From contig OZ246414.1 of assembly GCA_965231125.1 (NCBI GenBank), positions 827,239-891,238 of the forward strand: a DNA stretch of 64,000 nucleotides, in the 5' to 3' direction. Source of the stretch: an uncultured Gammaproteobacteria bacterium (lineage in GTDB: Bacteria > Patescibacteriota > Microgenomatia > Woykebacterales > RBG-16-39-9b). Below, one piece after another: positions 48,182-57,531 of this stretch. A model generated the notes under the pieces. It saw nothing but the letters and a program-made list of their open reading frames with translations. It made no database searches and had not been told where the DNA came from. The position numbers and the translations under genes are program-made. The stretch's first letter is position 1. Each line of letters opens with the position of its first letter.

Positions 48182-48638
48182 GGGCAAACCTTTCTTTAAG
48201 CGCTTCCTGAAGTTTGGTTGCGTAAGAATAATCCTTATATTTGCCTTGATAATCAATGGTAAGTCCGGCCACCAAAGAAGGCTTGACAAAAATGTCCAGC
48301 ACAATTTTATGATCCGCGCCAGCGTTTATAAATTCTGAAATCTCGTTGAGTAATTCCCTCCCTGGTCTAAAAGCCAGCCCAAGGCTAGCTTTAGGTAGCT
48401 TTAATAAATACTCCTTCAAGCCTGTGAGATACTCGAGACGCTTTTCTTTTGATCTGGGCATATATTCCTCAATCTCTTTAAGAAAGCCAGTCTCTAAATC
48501 ACTTTCCACTTCCTTATTCAAACCAGCCTTATTTATCTCGTAATACCGCGTCTCCAACTCGCTTATATCATCCAATAACTGGTATAAGTCTTCGGTAGTT
48601 ATGATTTCTTGGGCAATCTTTTCGTAATCTTTTTCCAT
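48168..48638 (-). CDS. atpH: F-type ATP synthase delta (OSCP) subunit
   Basis: Position between b and alpha. OSCP-like C-terminus (VKPSLVAGLTIDYQGKYKDYSYATKLQ). Confidence 0.65.
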   Translation of the reverse strand: MEKDYEKIAQEIITTEDLYQLLDDISELETRYYEINKAGLNKEVESDLETGFLKEIEEYMPRSKEKRLEYLTGLKEYLLKLPKASLGLAFRPGRELLNEISEFINAGADHKIVLDIFVKPSLVAGLTIDYQGKYKDYSYATKLQEALKERFAHEKF

Positions 48639-48649
48639 AGTTCTTATTT

Positions 48650-49324
48650 TCAGAACATTTGTTCGGCTTTGGCTTTTTCTAAAGCTTTCATAACTAATTC
48701 TTGGTGCTTAGCTAAATCGATAGAGGCGCCAAGCGTTTCGGAAGCAACTTGGGAAATCACTGAAAATGTTTTTTCAGAAAGTGTTTGCTCTATTTCGCTC
48801 TTTCGCAAACGTAACTCCTCCATCAGTTTGTTTTTCTCCTGATCTGGAAACTTGACTATCTCCTCACTAAGCTGCCTCATAAGATATTGCACAGAAGACT
48901 TCGCTTGATCCGCTATCTTAATGTACTCGGAGTTCTGAAGACCCTTCATTTCCTCCAAGCTAATTTTATAAGAATTCGTTATGTCTTTTATTACATTTTG
49001 AAATACTTCGAGCTCTTTTGATATTGTTTCGTAAACTAATTTCTTTGCTTGTTCGTCCAGCTCGGCTCTTGTGTGATTGGCCATATCTTCAACGCCTTCC
49101 AAATCTTTAAGAGTTTCTTTTACAGAAGATTCCGACTCGCTCAACGCAGTTTCTAATATCTTCTTTTCCTTATCGGTTGCTTGGGAGCGTATATCTTGGA
49201 GGGATTTAAAAAACCATTTGGCGTCAAAAAGCTTTATTTGATTCTGATAGAAGATGAATATGGCAACCAATACGATTAGGTTTGTTATTAAAGAAGCTAT
49301 TAACAAAATTTGACTAGTTTCCAT
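48650..49324 (-). CDS. atpF: F-type ATP synthase subunit b
   Basis: Single N-terminal TM followed by a long charged coiled coil. Operon position. Confidence 0.7.
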   Translation of the reverse strand: METSQILLIASLITNLIVLVAIFIFYQNQIKLFDAKWFFKSLQDIRSQATDKEKKILETALSESESSVKETLKDLEGVEDMANHTRAELDEQAKKLVYETISKELEVFQNVIKDITNSYKISLEEMKGLQNSEYIKIADQAKSSVQYLMRQLSEEIVKFPDQEKNKLMEELRLRKSEIEQTLSEKTFSVISQVASETLGASIDLAKHQELVMKALEKAKAEQMF

Positions 49325-49336
49325 AAGCTTTTTGTA

Positions 49337-50161
49337 TTAGTAAAAAATTATGACCAGCGAAAGTCCTAGTCCAGCAACGGCCAAAAACACAATTGCTCCG
49401 AGATTCAAGAACATACTTGAAAAGATTGTTCCTTTAGCCAATGGGTTTCGACCTATGGCAACAATACTTGTGCGCAGCGCCCGAGCGGCAAAAATAAAAC
49501 CTAAGATAAAAGAAGCGCTCCCCACTACAAATGCGAAGAGATAGCGTATAAAAAACTCGAGTCCGCGCGGCTGCGAAAGAGTCTCTGAGGTTACCGCTGT
49601 AATTTTATCAAGTACATTTTTTAAATTTGCCGCGCCAATCCTATTTTGGTACTGAATATTAATGAAAACCGGTATGGTACCTACCCCTTCACCACTGTAA
49701 GAAGCTGATGCTTTACCAATAACCATACCTTCATGGGTTGCCTTTTCCCCAACCCCAGCTTGGTCCGACGAAGTTATGAAATCCCCAACCTCAATATTTC
49801 CGGCTGCTGCCGAAACCCTCACTTCGGCTTCCCCTTGAGAAATAACTGGTACAGTAGTTTTTGTTTGAACATTAAGTACTGCCGCTGGGTCCTGGACCGC
49901 TACGCCAAATATGTTTTGGTCGTACTCACCGGTAGATCTAACTATTTTGCTGTCGGTTGTTAAAGATAGTATATCCCCGGGTTGGATATTTTTGTCATCG
50001 ACTTCAAAGTTTTTAGCAATTTGCCCACCGGTTAAAACTTGCGCGAAAACAAAAGAATGGTTAAGACGCAGGGACGCGACCAGAACAAGACTTATTAGAC
50101 TAACAAACTTGACTCCACTAGTTAATTCAGGCAGGTTATTTAGCTTCAATCGGGCAAACAT
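49337..50161 (-). CDS. Fusion protein: signal peptide, then the extracytoplasmic domain shared with both giant proteins, then a C-terminal F-ATPase c-subunit-like helical hairpin that lacks the conserved carboxylate.
   Basis: The C-terminus LRTSIVAIGRNPLAKGTIFSSMFLNLGAIVFLAVAGLGLSLVIIFY aligns with c-subunit SRTIEGIARQPE...[22 protein letters not shown]. A Val/Asn sits at the Glu/Asp position. The gene occupies the atpE position of the operon. Confidence 0.55.
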   Translation of the reverse strand: MFARLKLNNLPELTSGVKFVSLISLVLVASLRLNHSFVFAQVLTGGQIAKNFEVDDKNIQPGDILSLTTDSKIVRSTGEYDQNIFGVAVQDPAAVLNVQTKTTVPVISQGEAEVRVSAAAGNIEVGDFITSSDQAGVGEKATHEGMVIGKASASYSGEGVGTIPVFINIQYQNRIGAANLKNVLDKITAVTSETLSQPRGLEFFIRYLFAFVVGSASFILGFIFAARALRTSIVAIGRNPLAKGTIFSSMFLNLGAIVFLAVAGLGLSLVIIFY

Positions 50162-50268
50162 TGCTCCCCTGTCACGGGAAATGTGCTCCTTAAAATTATA
50201 AATCTCACATTTCCTCTATCTATATGTTACTAAAATTTACTCAATCTTTAAAATCCTACCTGTAGAAA

Positions 50269-50297
50269 CTTGACAATCAGCCACAACTGTCTCATAA
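50269..50297 (+). promoter_or_regulatory. Consensus promoter (TTGACA-17-CATAAT) for giant gene 2
   Basis: cttgacaatcagccacaactgtctcataat read directly. Confidence 0.5.
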
Positions 50298-50367
50298 TTT
50301 TAATTAGAATTTCCCGTAACGAGAAACTTTTCTCCTTAAGGGAAAGTCTAATTAACTAACCCTGCCC

Positions 50368-53300
50368 ATGGGAACCGAAAATAGTCTAAAAGCCGAATCT
50401 TTACCAAAGGCGGAAGAGAACCAAAAACTTTTACCATATCCCGAAGTCATAAAGCTTGCTAAACAAGCTGGTGTTGATTTTGGGAAAGGCTACCCCTACA
50501 ATAGGCTGCGCTACTACACAAAGATAGGTTTGCTACCCAAAGCCCACCGCCGCTCTTTCGGAGGTCCAGCTGAAGGATGCTACCCATCTTGGGTTGTTGA
50601 CAAATTAATTGAAATCGACAGGCAGCTTAAACAAGGCCAATCAGTCCAATCAATCCTTAGACAAAAGTCGAGTACACCATCATTAACCAATGCTTTATCG
50701 CCCGCTCCCATCTCTTTATACGAAAACCGAAAAATAGCTAACCAAGAGGATTTCGCCCAGTCTACAGATTTCGGGATTGGTGAGCAGTCGACCTACACTG
50801 AAAGTTCAGCAGGTGCTCTCGACTTCATCAGACGTGGAGCTTTATATCTTGGTTTGATGTCAATAATTTTCGTCTCTGGACTCGCAACTGTTTACGAAAT
50901 GCCGCAGAGTCATGACAATGTTCAAAGCCTAGTGAACATTGCAAAAAATAAGTTTTTTGGAACTTATTCACCGAAAAATCTGATCGCTCTCCCAAACCAA
51001 ATCGGAAGTGTGCTGGGACGCACCACCGCCCCTTATTTCAAAGTAAACGTTCCGACCGAAATTACCCATCTGCTCAGTGCCTTTGGTGGAATCAAAACAA
51101 ACGGCGCCAATGCGAATTTAGGGAAAGGTAAACTAACCGCCTCAAACGTTATTTACGATGTCCTTCCTGGCACTAATGTCAGCATCTCTTCTGGTCAAAA
51201 GCCGACCATTTCCGTTTCTGGACTAATCGGATCGGTAAATGGAACTGCCGGAAGAATTACTTCTTCGGGTGGGGACAATCCAACAATTGATATTGCCAGC
51301 AACTATACTGGCCAGACTTCAATCGATACTGTCGGAACAATAGGGAGCGGCGTGTGGCACGGATCCCCCCTTACCGATCCTTATGTTTCCAACAACATTA
51401 CTGTTTCAAACTATTTGCCCCTCTCCGGAGGAACTTTAACCGGTTCTTTGACCTTAAACAACAATGATGGTGGTAGCGGCGATGTTAACTTAATCCTTGG
51501 AGATTCCAACGAATCGGGAGACATAGTTCTTAATAACAGTGGCTTTACTGGCGCTATAACTTCTGGAGCGCTAACTGCGGCAAGAGTCTGGACTCTACCA
51601 AACGAGACCGGCACCATTTGCACCACTACAAGCGGTTGTGGAGCCGCTGGAGTTTTATTCGATATCGCTGCTGATGCTGGTGCAAATCAAAGCGTTACCG
51701 CCGGAGACACCGTTACTCTTACCGGTGGGGCGGGAATCAGTACTTCGGTTGCTGCTGGACCGACGGCAACTTTTGATGTAAATACTGGTAACGGGGTTCA
51801 GATATCGGCAGATGCGGTTGCTTTAGGTCCGTTGACAGCCGATTGGGACCAAACTGGAGCCTTCAATATCTACCTAGACAACGCGGGCAGCAACCTACAG
51901 ATCAGAGAAAACGGTGGCGGAGCCGACAAAGGCATTTTTGATGTTGCCTCGATTGCTGGCGACCAAACTTACACTTTTACAACCGGCGGCACAGTTTGGA
52001 CTTCCGGAAATGATGGCTCCGGTTCTACCTTAGATGCTGATACTCTTGATTCATTGGATTCTTCTCAATTTCTTAGGTCGGATACTTCGGACAGCTTCAC
52101 CTCCGGAACCTTAACCTTTGACAATGGGACTACTCTAACAGTAAATGGGGTCGCCAATATTGGGGATGGTGGGGATGCGGTTGCAATTTCTGGCACGACA
52201 GTCTCGGTAACCGCCAATGGGGCCGGTAATGATATAACTTTGAATTTGGTTGACAACAACACCGATGCCCTAGACATTAAACAGGGCGCTGATAACTATA
52301 TCAATATAAATACTACCAATACAACAGAAAATATCTCGTTCGGTAACGCTGCCACTAACCCCACCTACTCTTTTCTGGGAAGTGGTACAGCTACTTTCTC
52401 TGGAGCAACTACAGTCACTGGTACCCTAACCGCTAACGGCTCCTTTGTAGCCAACAACACCTTCACCTTAGGAGATGGTGGGGACACTGGATCAATCAAC
52501 ACTTCGGATTGGGCCGTGTCAACAACTGGAGACATGACTGGGATTGGAAGTATTGGGGCTGACGGGGATATAACCACTTCCCAAGCGACCCCGTCTGTCT
52601 TTTTGACGGACACAACCGCGGCTTCGGATGATTATTCAATTAACGCTGACGCTAGTACTTTTACCATCCGTAACGAGACAGATGCCAGGGACGATGTCAG
52701 CATTGATGGGTCTGGAAATGTAACTCTAAATTCGGTGGGATCCTTTGGAAACGGCACCTGGTCTTTCTCTTCGGCTGGAGCACTTTCCGGTGTAACCACC
52801 ATCTCAACTTCTTCAACGATAACTTTAGGCGCTCTTGGGGCGACGGATACCACCACTTTGCTTTGTCGTAACTCTGGAAATGTGATTGCCGGTTGTAACA
52901 GCGGTTCTGGTTCTGGACAGGATGCGGATCTTTTGGACGGTCTAGATTCTTCACAATTCCTAAGAAGTGACACTTCGGATAACTTTACCTCTGGTACTTT
53001 AACTACAGATGCTGGAACCACCTTGGCAGTTGCCGGAGATTTAACCATTGCTGATAATAATATTCCTCTGACTGGTGGAGACACTACGATTGACTTGAAC
53101 GCGGCGGCTACGAGAACTTTAACTATTACTAACTCAAATGGCGCGAATGTTGCTAACTTATCTGTCGAAGGCACTGCCACAGCTGCCGATTTCTCCTGTA
53201 GCGATTGTATCGCTTTAACGACTGAAACCTCCGGTGACTATGTTGCCAATGTCGACACGAGTGTATTAACAGGACTAACTGGAGGTTCGGCAGGTTCGGA

Positions 53301-56300
53301 AGGCGCCTCTTTAAGTTTGGCTTTTGATTATTCTCAAGCCCTTTCCGGAGATGTCGGTTTAGGAGCCAACGCCGCCGTCTTCGGCCAATCAGGTTTTGTC
53401 TTCGAAGGCGCGACCGCAAATACCTTCGAAACTTTTCTGGCGGTGACCGATCCAACCGGCGACCGAACCATCACTTTTCCGGATGCTGGCGGGACTGTCT
53501 GTCTTAGTGGCCAGACTTGTGCAACCAGCGGAACTGTCGGTTATTGGAGTCGGACTAGCACAGCTCTTTCACCAGCAACCGGGGGAGATACTGTGGATAT
53601 GGCGGGCGCCATAATAAGTAATATTGGAAATACTGCAACAGATTTTGACACGGGCGGTGGTCTTACGCTGGCGGGTAATCTCGTCGTCCAAGGGACCACG
53701 GGGCTTACCTTTAATACCGGTGCGGGAGGGGACATTACTTTTGCCAACGGCGAGAAGATTGATAACGACACAGATGGCACCGTTGCCATCACTGGTAACG
53801 GATCAATTTCCGGCCACGCGGCAATCGGCGGCTCTGCCAGCATCAGCACCGCCTATTTACTTACCATTCAAGAAACTACTTCAGTTGCTGGCTCGCGCGG
53901 TATTAATTTGGCCCCGACTTTCAACCCGAGCGCCAGCACCATTGATATTTCTTTCAATAACATTCCTACCTTTAGCCCTACCGGTGGGATAACACATACA
54001 GTCGAAGGCCAATACAATAAGATAACTGTTGGAGGTTCTGCGACAATTCCTGTCGCTTATGGCGTGGCAATAGACACGCCGACTATCTCCGGTAGTACTG
54101 TGACGAATTTGTACGGCCTTTACGTTGCAAACCAAACCGGCGCGACGAACAACTACGCTGCGGTTTTTGCTGGTGGCAATGTCGGCATCGGCACCACTGC
54201 ACCAAATCAACTGCTCCATCTCTCATCTTCTGGTAGCCCTGCAGAGCAGTTCACCAGCACGGCTGCTCCAAGCCAAGGTGCCAATGGTGGTTCTACTTTC
54301 AGCGACGATTCCTCTATCGGGACAGTTACTTGGGGTAGCCCATCGAATGCGCAGACAAATGATGCTAGTTATGCCAACGCCACTCTTGCCAGTACTGAAA
54401 TTTCTCACTATCTCAAGGCAACTGATTTCGCTTTCACTGTTCCGGCCACCGCCACGATAACAGGGATTTCTGTTAGTGTGGTCAGAAAAATAAGTGGCGG
54501 ATGCTTATGCATCCTTACGGACAACTCCATAAAGTTGGTAAAAGGCGGAACTATCAGCGGAGATAATAAAGCAGACACCGGTACAGCCTGGACTACCTCC
54601 GATGTCACCGCCACCTACGGCAACAGTAGCGACCTGTGGGGACTTTCCTTAGCCCCTAGCGACGTCAACGCGTCAAACTTCGGTGTAGCTGTCTCTGCTA
54701 CAAATACCATTGGTAGTGCCATCGACGCCGACATTAATTACATCAGCATCACTGTCTACTATACCTATAACAGCTGGGTCGCTGGTCTGAACACAAGTGA
54801 CAGCGGCAACTTCAATATTTCCAATTACACTGCCTTTGGTACAAATGACTACTTTAGAATAGGCTCCTTTGGCAATCTTGCCGTCGGTGCTGGCGCCGGC
54901 AGCGGCAACCTTGTAAACCAAGGCCTTTTTAGCTACCCAACCTTTAGCGGCGGAGCTACCAGCTGTGCGTTTGGATGTACTGGAGTATTTGGGAAAGGAA
55001 AAATAGACAACACCAGCAATAATAATATCGTTATCGGGGTCGGCGGTCAAGTTGAAACTGCCGCTACTTCCTTTACCCTAACCAATGCTATCGCACTTTT
55101 TGCTAACTCGCCTCTTAAAGGCTCTGGGTCCAGCATCACTAATAGTTACGGATTGGATGTCCAAAACCAGGATACTGTGGGGGTAACTACAAGTTATGGA
55201 GTATATATTGAAAATCAGACCGGCACTGGCACTAATTACGGCCTTTATGTTGTTGGGGCCGACACTGACGCTATTTACACCGCTGCCGGATCTAATAAAT
55301 TTGTCTTCGCGACGGGAGACAATTTTTCCATCGATGCCAGTACCACCGCCCAGACTCAAACAGCTGGTACTTTAGATCTAAATATCAACGCCGGCAACGC
55401 TACCGTCACTGGTCTTAATGTAGATTTCATTGCCAACACGGGTATCACTGCCGCGACGGACGAAGTTGGAGCAAAAATTAATCTTACTCAAAACGATGCC
55501 AATGCGGATATGTTCGGTCTGCAAATTAATCAACTAGCGACTTCAGTAACTATCGGTGGTGGAGACTTAGTTGAATGTTTACTTTGTTTAGATAATGCTG
55601 AGAACCAAGCCGCGGCAGTGACAGATGCAATCAGAATCACCAACTCAGGTGGGACTGCAAATGCCATTACTAATGATATTAATCTGCAAAATGGAGAGAC
55701 AATTGATAACAAAACCAACGGTACTATCGCGCTCACCGCAACCACCACCTCACTTTCCGGAGTTCTTTCAATCGATGGTACTTCCGGCACAGCTATTAGC
55801 GTAACAAACACTGGAATCACAACTGACATCAGCCTGCAAAATGGAGAGACAATTGATAATAATACAGATGGAACCATTTCTCTTGGCACTACCACAACTT
55901 TAACTGCAAGCGGTGCTTTAACCATATCAACTGGCAGCAACGGAGTCCTGACTCTTTCCCCCAACGGAACTGGCAATGTAGTGATCAGCGGAACAACTAC
56001 TGGTATAAACTCCGCTCTCGATGTGACCAAAACCACTTCCAGCTGCGGGTTTGGTTGCTTTGGTGTTTTAGCACGTCCTCTTTTTACTACTACCGAGTCG
56101 ATTGCCAACGCTGTGGGTGGGCAGATCCGTACCAATACTGGGGCGGCCCTAACAACGGCCAGTGCCTTACTTGCTGGGGGCCCCAACATAACTGCTGGAA
56201 CCATCACCACTGCAAATGGTTTGTATGTACAGAGTCAGGGCAGCGCCTCAACCACGACAGCAATTGGAATCTACCTTGAACCAATGACGGGATCAACAAA

Positions 56301-57495
56301 TAACTACGGAATTTGTTTTGATTGTGATGGAACTTTTGGCACGCAAACAGTCGCTTCTGGAATCCGCTGGGGTACAGATGGCACTGCGGCCAACAATATT
56401 AATGCCTATCGAAGTGCCAACGGCCAGTTTACTATTGACAATGGAACCCCAACAACCCTTTTCCAAGTTAGTACCACCGCGAACTTATTAAATTTGGACG
56501 ACACGACTTCCCGTACTGAAAGGCTTTGCCACGGCGCAGGAAATGGTGGCACCGGAACTGCCGCAATTTCTGATTGTTCTGGAACCCCAGGAGATTACGC
56601 CGAGCAATACGGCACCTCCGACCCGTCAATTGAAGCCGGAGACCTTGTGGTTGTAGATACAGACCAGCCTGCCCAAACAATAACAAATAAGGACGGTCAG
56701 GTTGGTTCGAAAGCTTGGGTTTTGAAATCTAGTGAAGCCTACCAAACAAGCTTAATCGGAGTTGTCTCGACAAGTCCAAACGAAGTAATCGGTCAAAACT
56801 TTACCAATGAAGAAAATCCAAGACCAATCACCCTTAGTGGCAGGGTGCCGGTTAAAGTTTCCACTGAAAATGGACCTATTGAGGCCGGAGATCCTATCAC
56901 GAGCTCATCAACTCCCGGAGTTGCGATGAAAGCCACCGCGTCGGGACCGATCATCGGTAAGGCGTTGGAGCCCTACAACGAATCTGGAGTTGGAAAAATA
57001 ATCGCCATTATCCAGGTGGGCTGGTACGTTGCTCCTCTAGGTAGCGGGCAAGAGTCTGGGCAATCCAGCATCACTGGCGTTACCGACCTGGCTCTTAATA
57101 GCTTAACTGCTAATACAATAATTTTAGGCAGCAATCAAATTTCTTTAGATCAATATGGGAACCTTCAAATTAATGGTAACTTGGCTCTTTCTGGAAATGA
57201 GCAGATTAGTGGAAACTTAGACCTAACTGGTAGCCTAACCGCCTCTTCAATTAATACTGGTGAGTTGAAGATTTCCGATAAGTCGTCCGGCTCCTCGTCA
57301 ATTAACGCTGGGGGAAGCACGGTAATAATAAATAACAACGTAGTAACTGGCAACTCAAAGGTTCTTGTGACTTTTAACTCCGACTGGGCTCCGGCAGATA
57401 GGTTCTGGGTTTCGAAAGCTTCTGGTAGTTTTATAGTCCACGTTGATAAACCTGTCTCTACCAGAGCAAATTTTGATTGGATAGTTGTTAATTAA
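50368..57495 (+). CDS. Giant (2375 aa) membrane protein. It has an N-terminal cytoplasmic MerR-type HTH, one TM helix, a huge Gly/Thr/Ser/Asn-rich extracellular region and the same conserved C-terminal domain as giant protein 1.
   Basis: MerR-like N-terminus (NRLRYYTKIGLLPKAHRRSFGG). TM GALYLGLMSIIFVSGLATVY. C-terminal ENGPIEAGDPITSSSTPGVAMKAT domain. Recurrent ...TGTVCLSGQTC / TICTTTSGCGAAG motifs shared with giant 1. Confidence 0.8.
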   Translation: MGTENSLKAESLPKAEENQKLLPYPEVIKLAKQAGVDFGKGYPYNRLRYYTKIGLLPKAHRRSFGGPAEGCYPSWVVDKLIEIDRQLKQGQSVQSILRQKSSTPSLTNALSPAPISLYENRKIANQEDFAQSTDFGIGEQSTYTESSAGALDFIRRGALYLGLMSIIFVSGLATVYEMPQSHDNVQSLVNIAKNKFFGTYSPKNLIALPNQIGSVLGRTTAPYFKVNVPTEITHLLSAFGGIKTNGANANLGKGKLTASNVIYDVLPGTNVSISSGQKPTISVSGLIGSVNGTAGRITSSGGDNPTIDIASNYTGQTSIDTVGTIGSGVWHGSPLTDPYVSNNITVSNYLPLSGGTLTGSLTLNNNDGGSGDVNLILGDSNESGDIVLNNSGFTGAITSGALTAARVWTLPNETGTICTTTSGCGAAGVLFDIAADAGANQSVTAGDTVTLTGGAGISTSVAAGPTATFDVNTGNGVQISADAVALGPLTADWDQTGAFNIYLDNAGSNLQIRENGGGADKGIFDVASIAGDQTYTFTTGGTVWTSGNDGSGSTLDADTLDSLDSSQFLRSDTSDSFTSGTLTFDNGTTLTVNGVANIGDGGDAVAISGTTVSVTANGAGNDITLNLVDNNTDALDIKQGADNYININTTNTTENISFGNAATNPTYSFLGSGTATFSGATTVTGTLTANGSFVANNTFTLGDGGDTGSINTSDWAVSTTGDMTGIGSIGADGDITTSQATPSVFLTDTTAASDDYSINADASTFTIRNETDARDDVSIDGSGNVTLNSVGSFGNGTWSFSSAGALSGVTTISTSSTITLGALGATDTTTLLCRNSGNVIAGCNSGSGSGQDADLLDGLDSSQFLRSDTSDNFTSGTLTTDAGTTLAVAGDLTIADNNIPLTGGDTTIDLNAAATRTLTITNSNGANVANLSVEGTATAADFSCSDCIALTTETSGDYVANVDTSVLTGLTGGSAGSEGASLSLAFDYSQALSGDVGLGANAAVFGQSGFVFEGATANTFETFLAVTDPTGDRTITFPDAGGTVCLSGQTCATSGTVGYWSRTSTALSPATGGDTVDMAGAIISNIGNTATDFDTGGGLTLAGNLVVQGTTGLTFNTGAGGDITFANGEKIDNDTDGTVAITGNGSISGHAAIGGSASISTAYLLTIQETTSVAGSRGINLAPTFNPSASTIDISFNNIPTFSPTGGITHTVEGQYNKITVGGSATIPVAYGVAIDTPTISGSTVTNLYGLYVANQTGATNNYAAVFAGGNVGIGTTAPNQLLHLSSSGSPAEQFTSTAAPSQGANGGSTFSDDSSIGTVTWGSPSNAQTNDASYANATLASTEISHYLKATDFAFTVPATATITGISVSVVRKISGGCLCILTDNSIKLVKGGTISGDNKADTGTAWTTSDVTATYGNSSDLWGLSLAPSDVNASNFGVAVSATNTIGSAIDADINYISITVYYTYNSWVAGLNTSDSGNFNISNYTAFGTNDYFRIGSFGNLAVGAGAGSGNLVNQGLFSYPTFSGGATSCAFGCTGVFGKGKIDNTSNNNIVIGVGGQVETAATSFTLTNAIALFANSPLKGSGSSITNSYGLDVQNQDTVGVTTSYGVYIENQTGTGTNYGLYVVGADTDAIYTAAGSNKFVFATGDNFSIDASTTAQTQTAGTLDLNINAGNATVTGLNVDFIANTGITAATDEVGAKINLTQNDANADMFGLQINQLATSVTIGGGDLVECLLCLDNAENQAAAVTDAIRITNSGGTANAITNDINLQNGETIDNKTNGTIALTATTTSLSGVLSIDGTSGTAISVTNTGITTDISLQNGETIDNNTDGTISLGTTTTLTASGALTISTGSNGVLTLSPNGTGNVVISGTTTGINSALDVTKTTSSCGFGCFGVLARPLFTTTESIANAVGGQIRTNTGAALTTASALLAGGPNITAGTITTANGLYVQSQGSASTTTAIGIYLEPMTGSTNNYGICFDCDGTFGTQTVASGIRWGTDGTAANNINAYRSANGQFTIDNGTPTTLFQVSTTANLLNLDDTTSRTERLCHGAGNGGTGTAAISDCSGTPGDYAEQYGTSDPSIEAGDLVVVDTDQPAQTITNKDGQVGSKAWVLKSSEAYQTSLIGVVSTSPNEVIGQNFTNEENPRPITLSGRVPVKVSTENGPIEAGDPITSSSTPGVAMKATASGPIIGKALEPYNESGVGKIIAIIQVGWYVAPLGSGQESGQSSITGVTDLALNSLTANTIILGSNQISLDQYGNLQINGNLALSGNEQISGNLDLTGSLTASSINTGELKISDKSSGSSSINAGGSTVIINNNVVTGNSKVLVTFNSDWAPADRFWVSKASGSFIVHVDKPVSTRANFDWIVVN

Positions 57496-57531
57496 ATCGG
57501 TTGACAGACCGCGGGCCGTTTATGTAGACTA

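Noticed and set aside
49337-50161. The 274-aa protein as ATP synthase a-subunit
   Set aside because: It has only one N-terminal signal/TM plus a two-helix C-terminal hairpin, not 5-6 TM. The hairpin aligns to c, not a.
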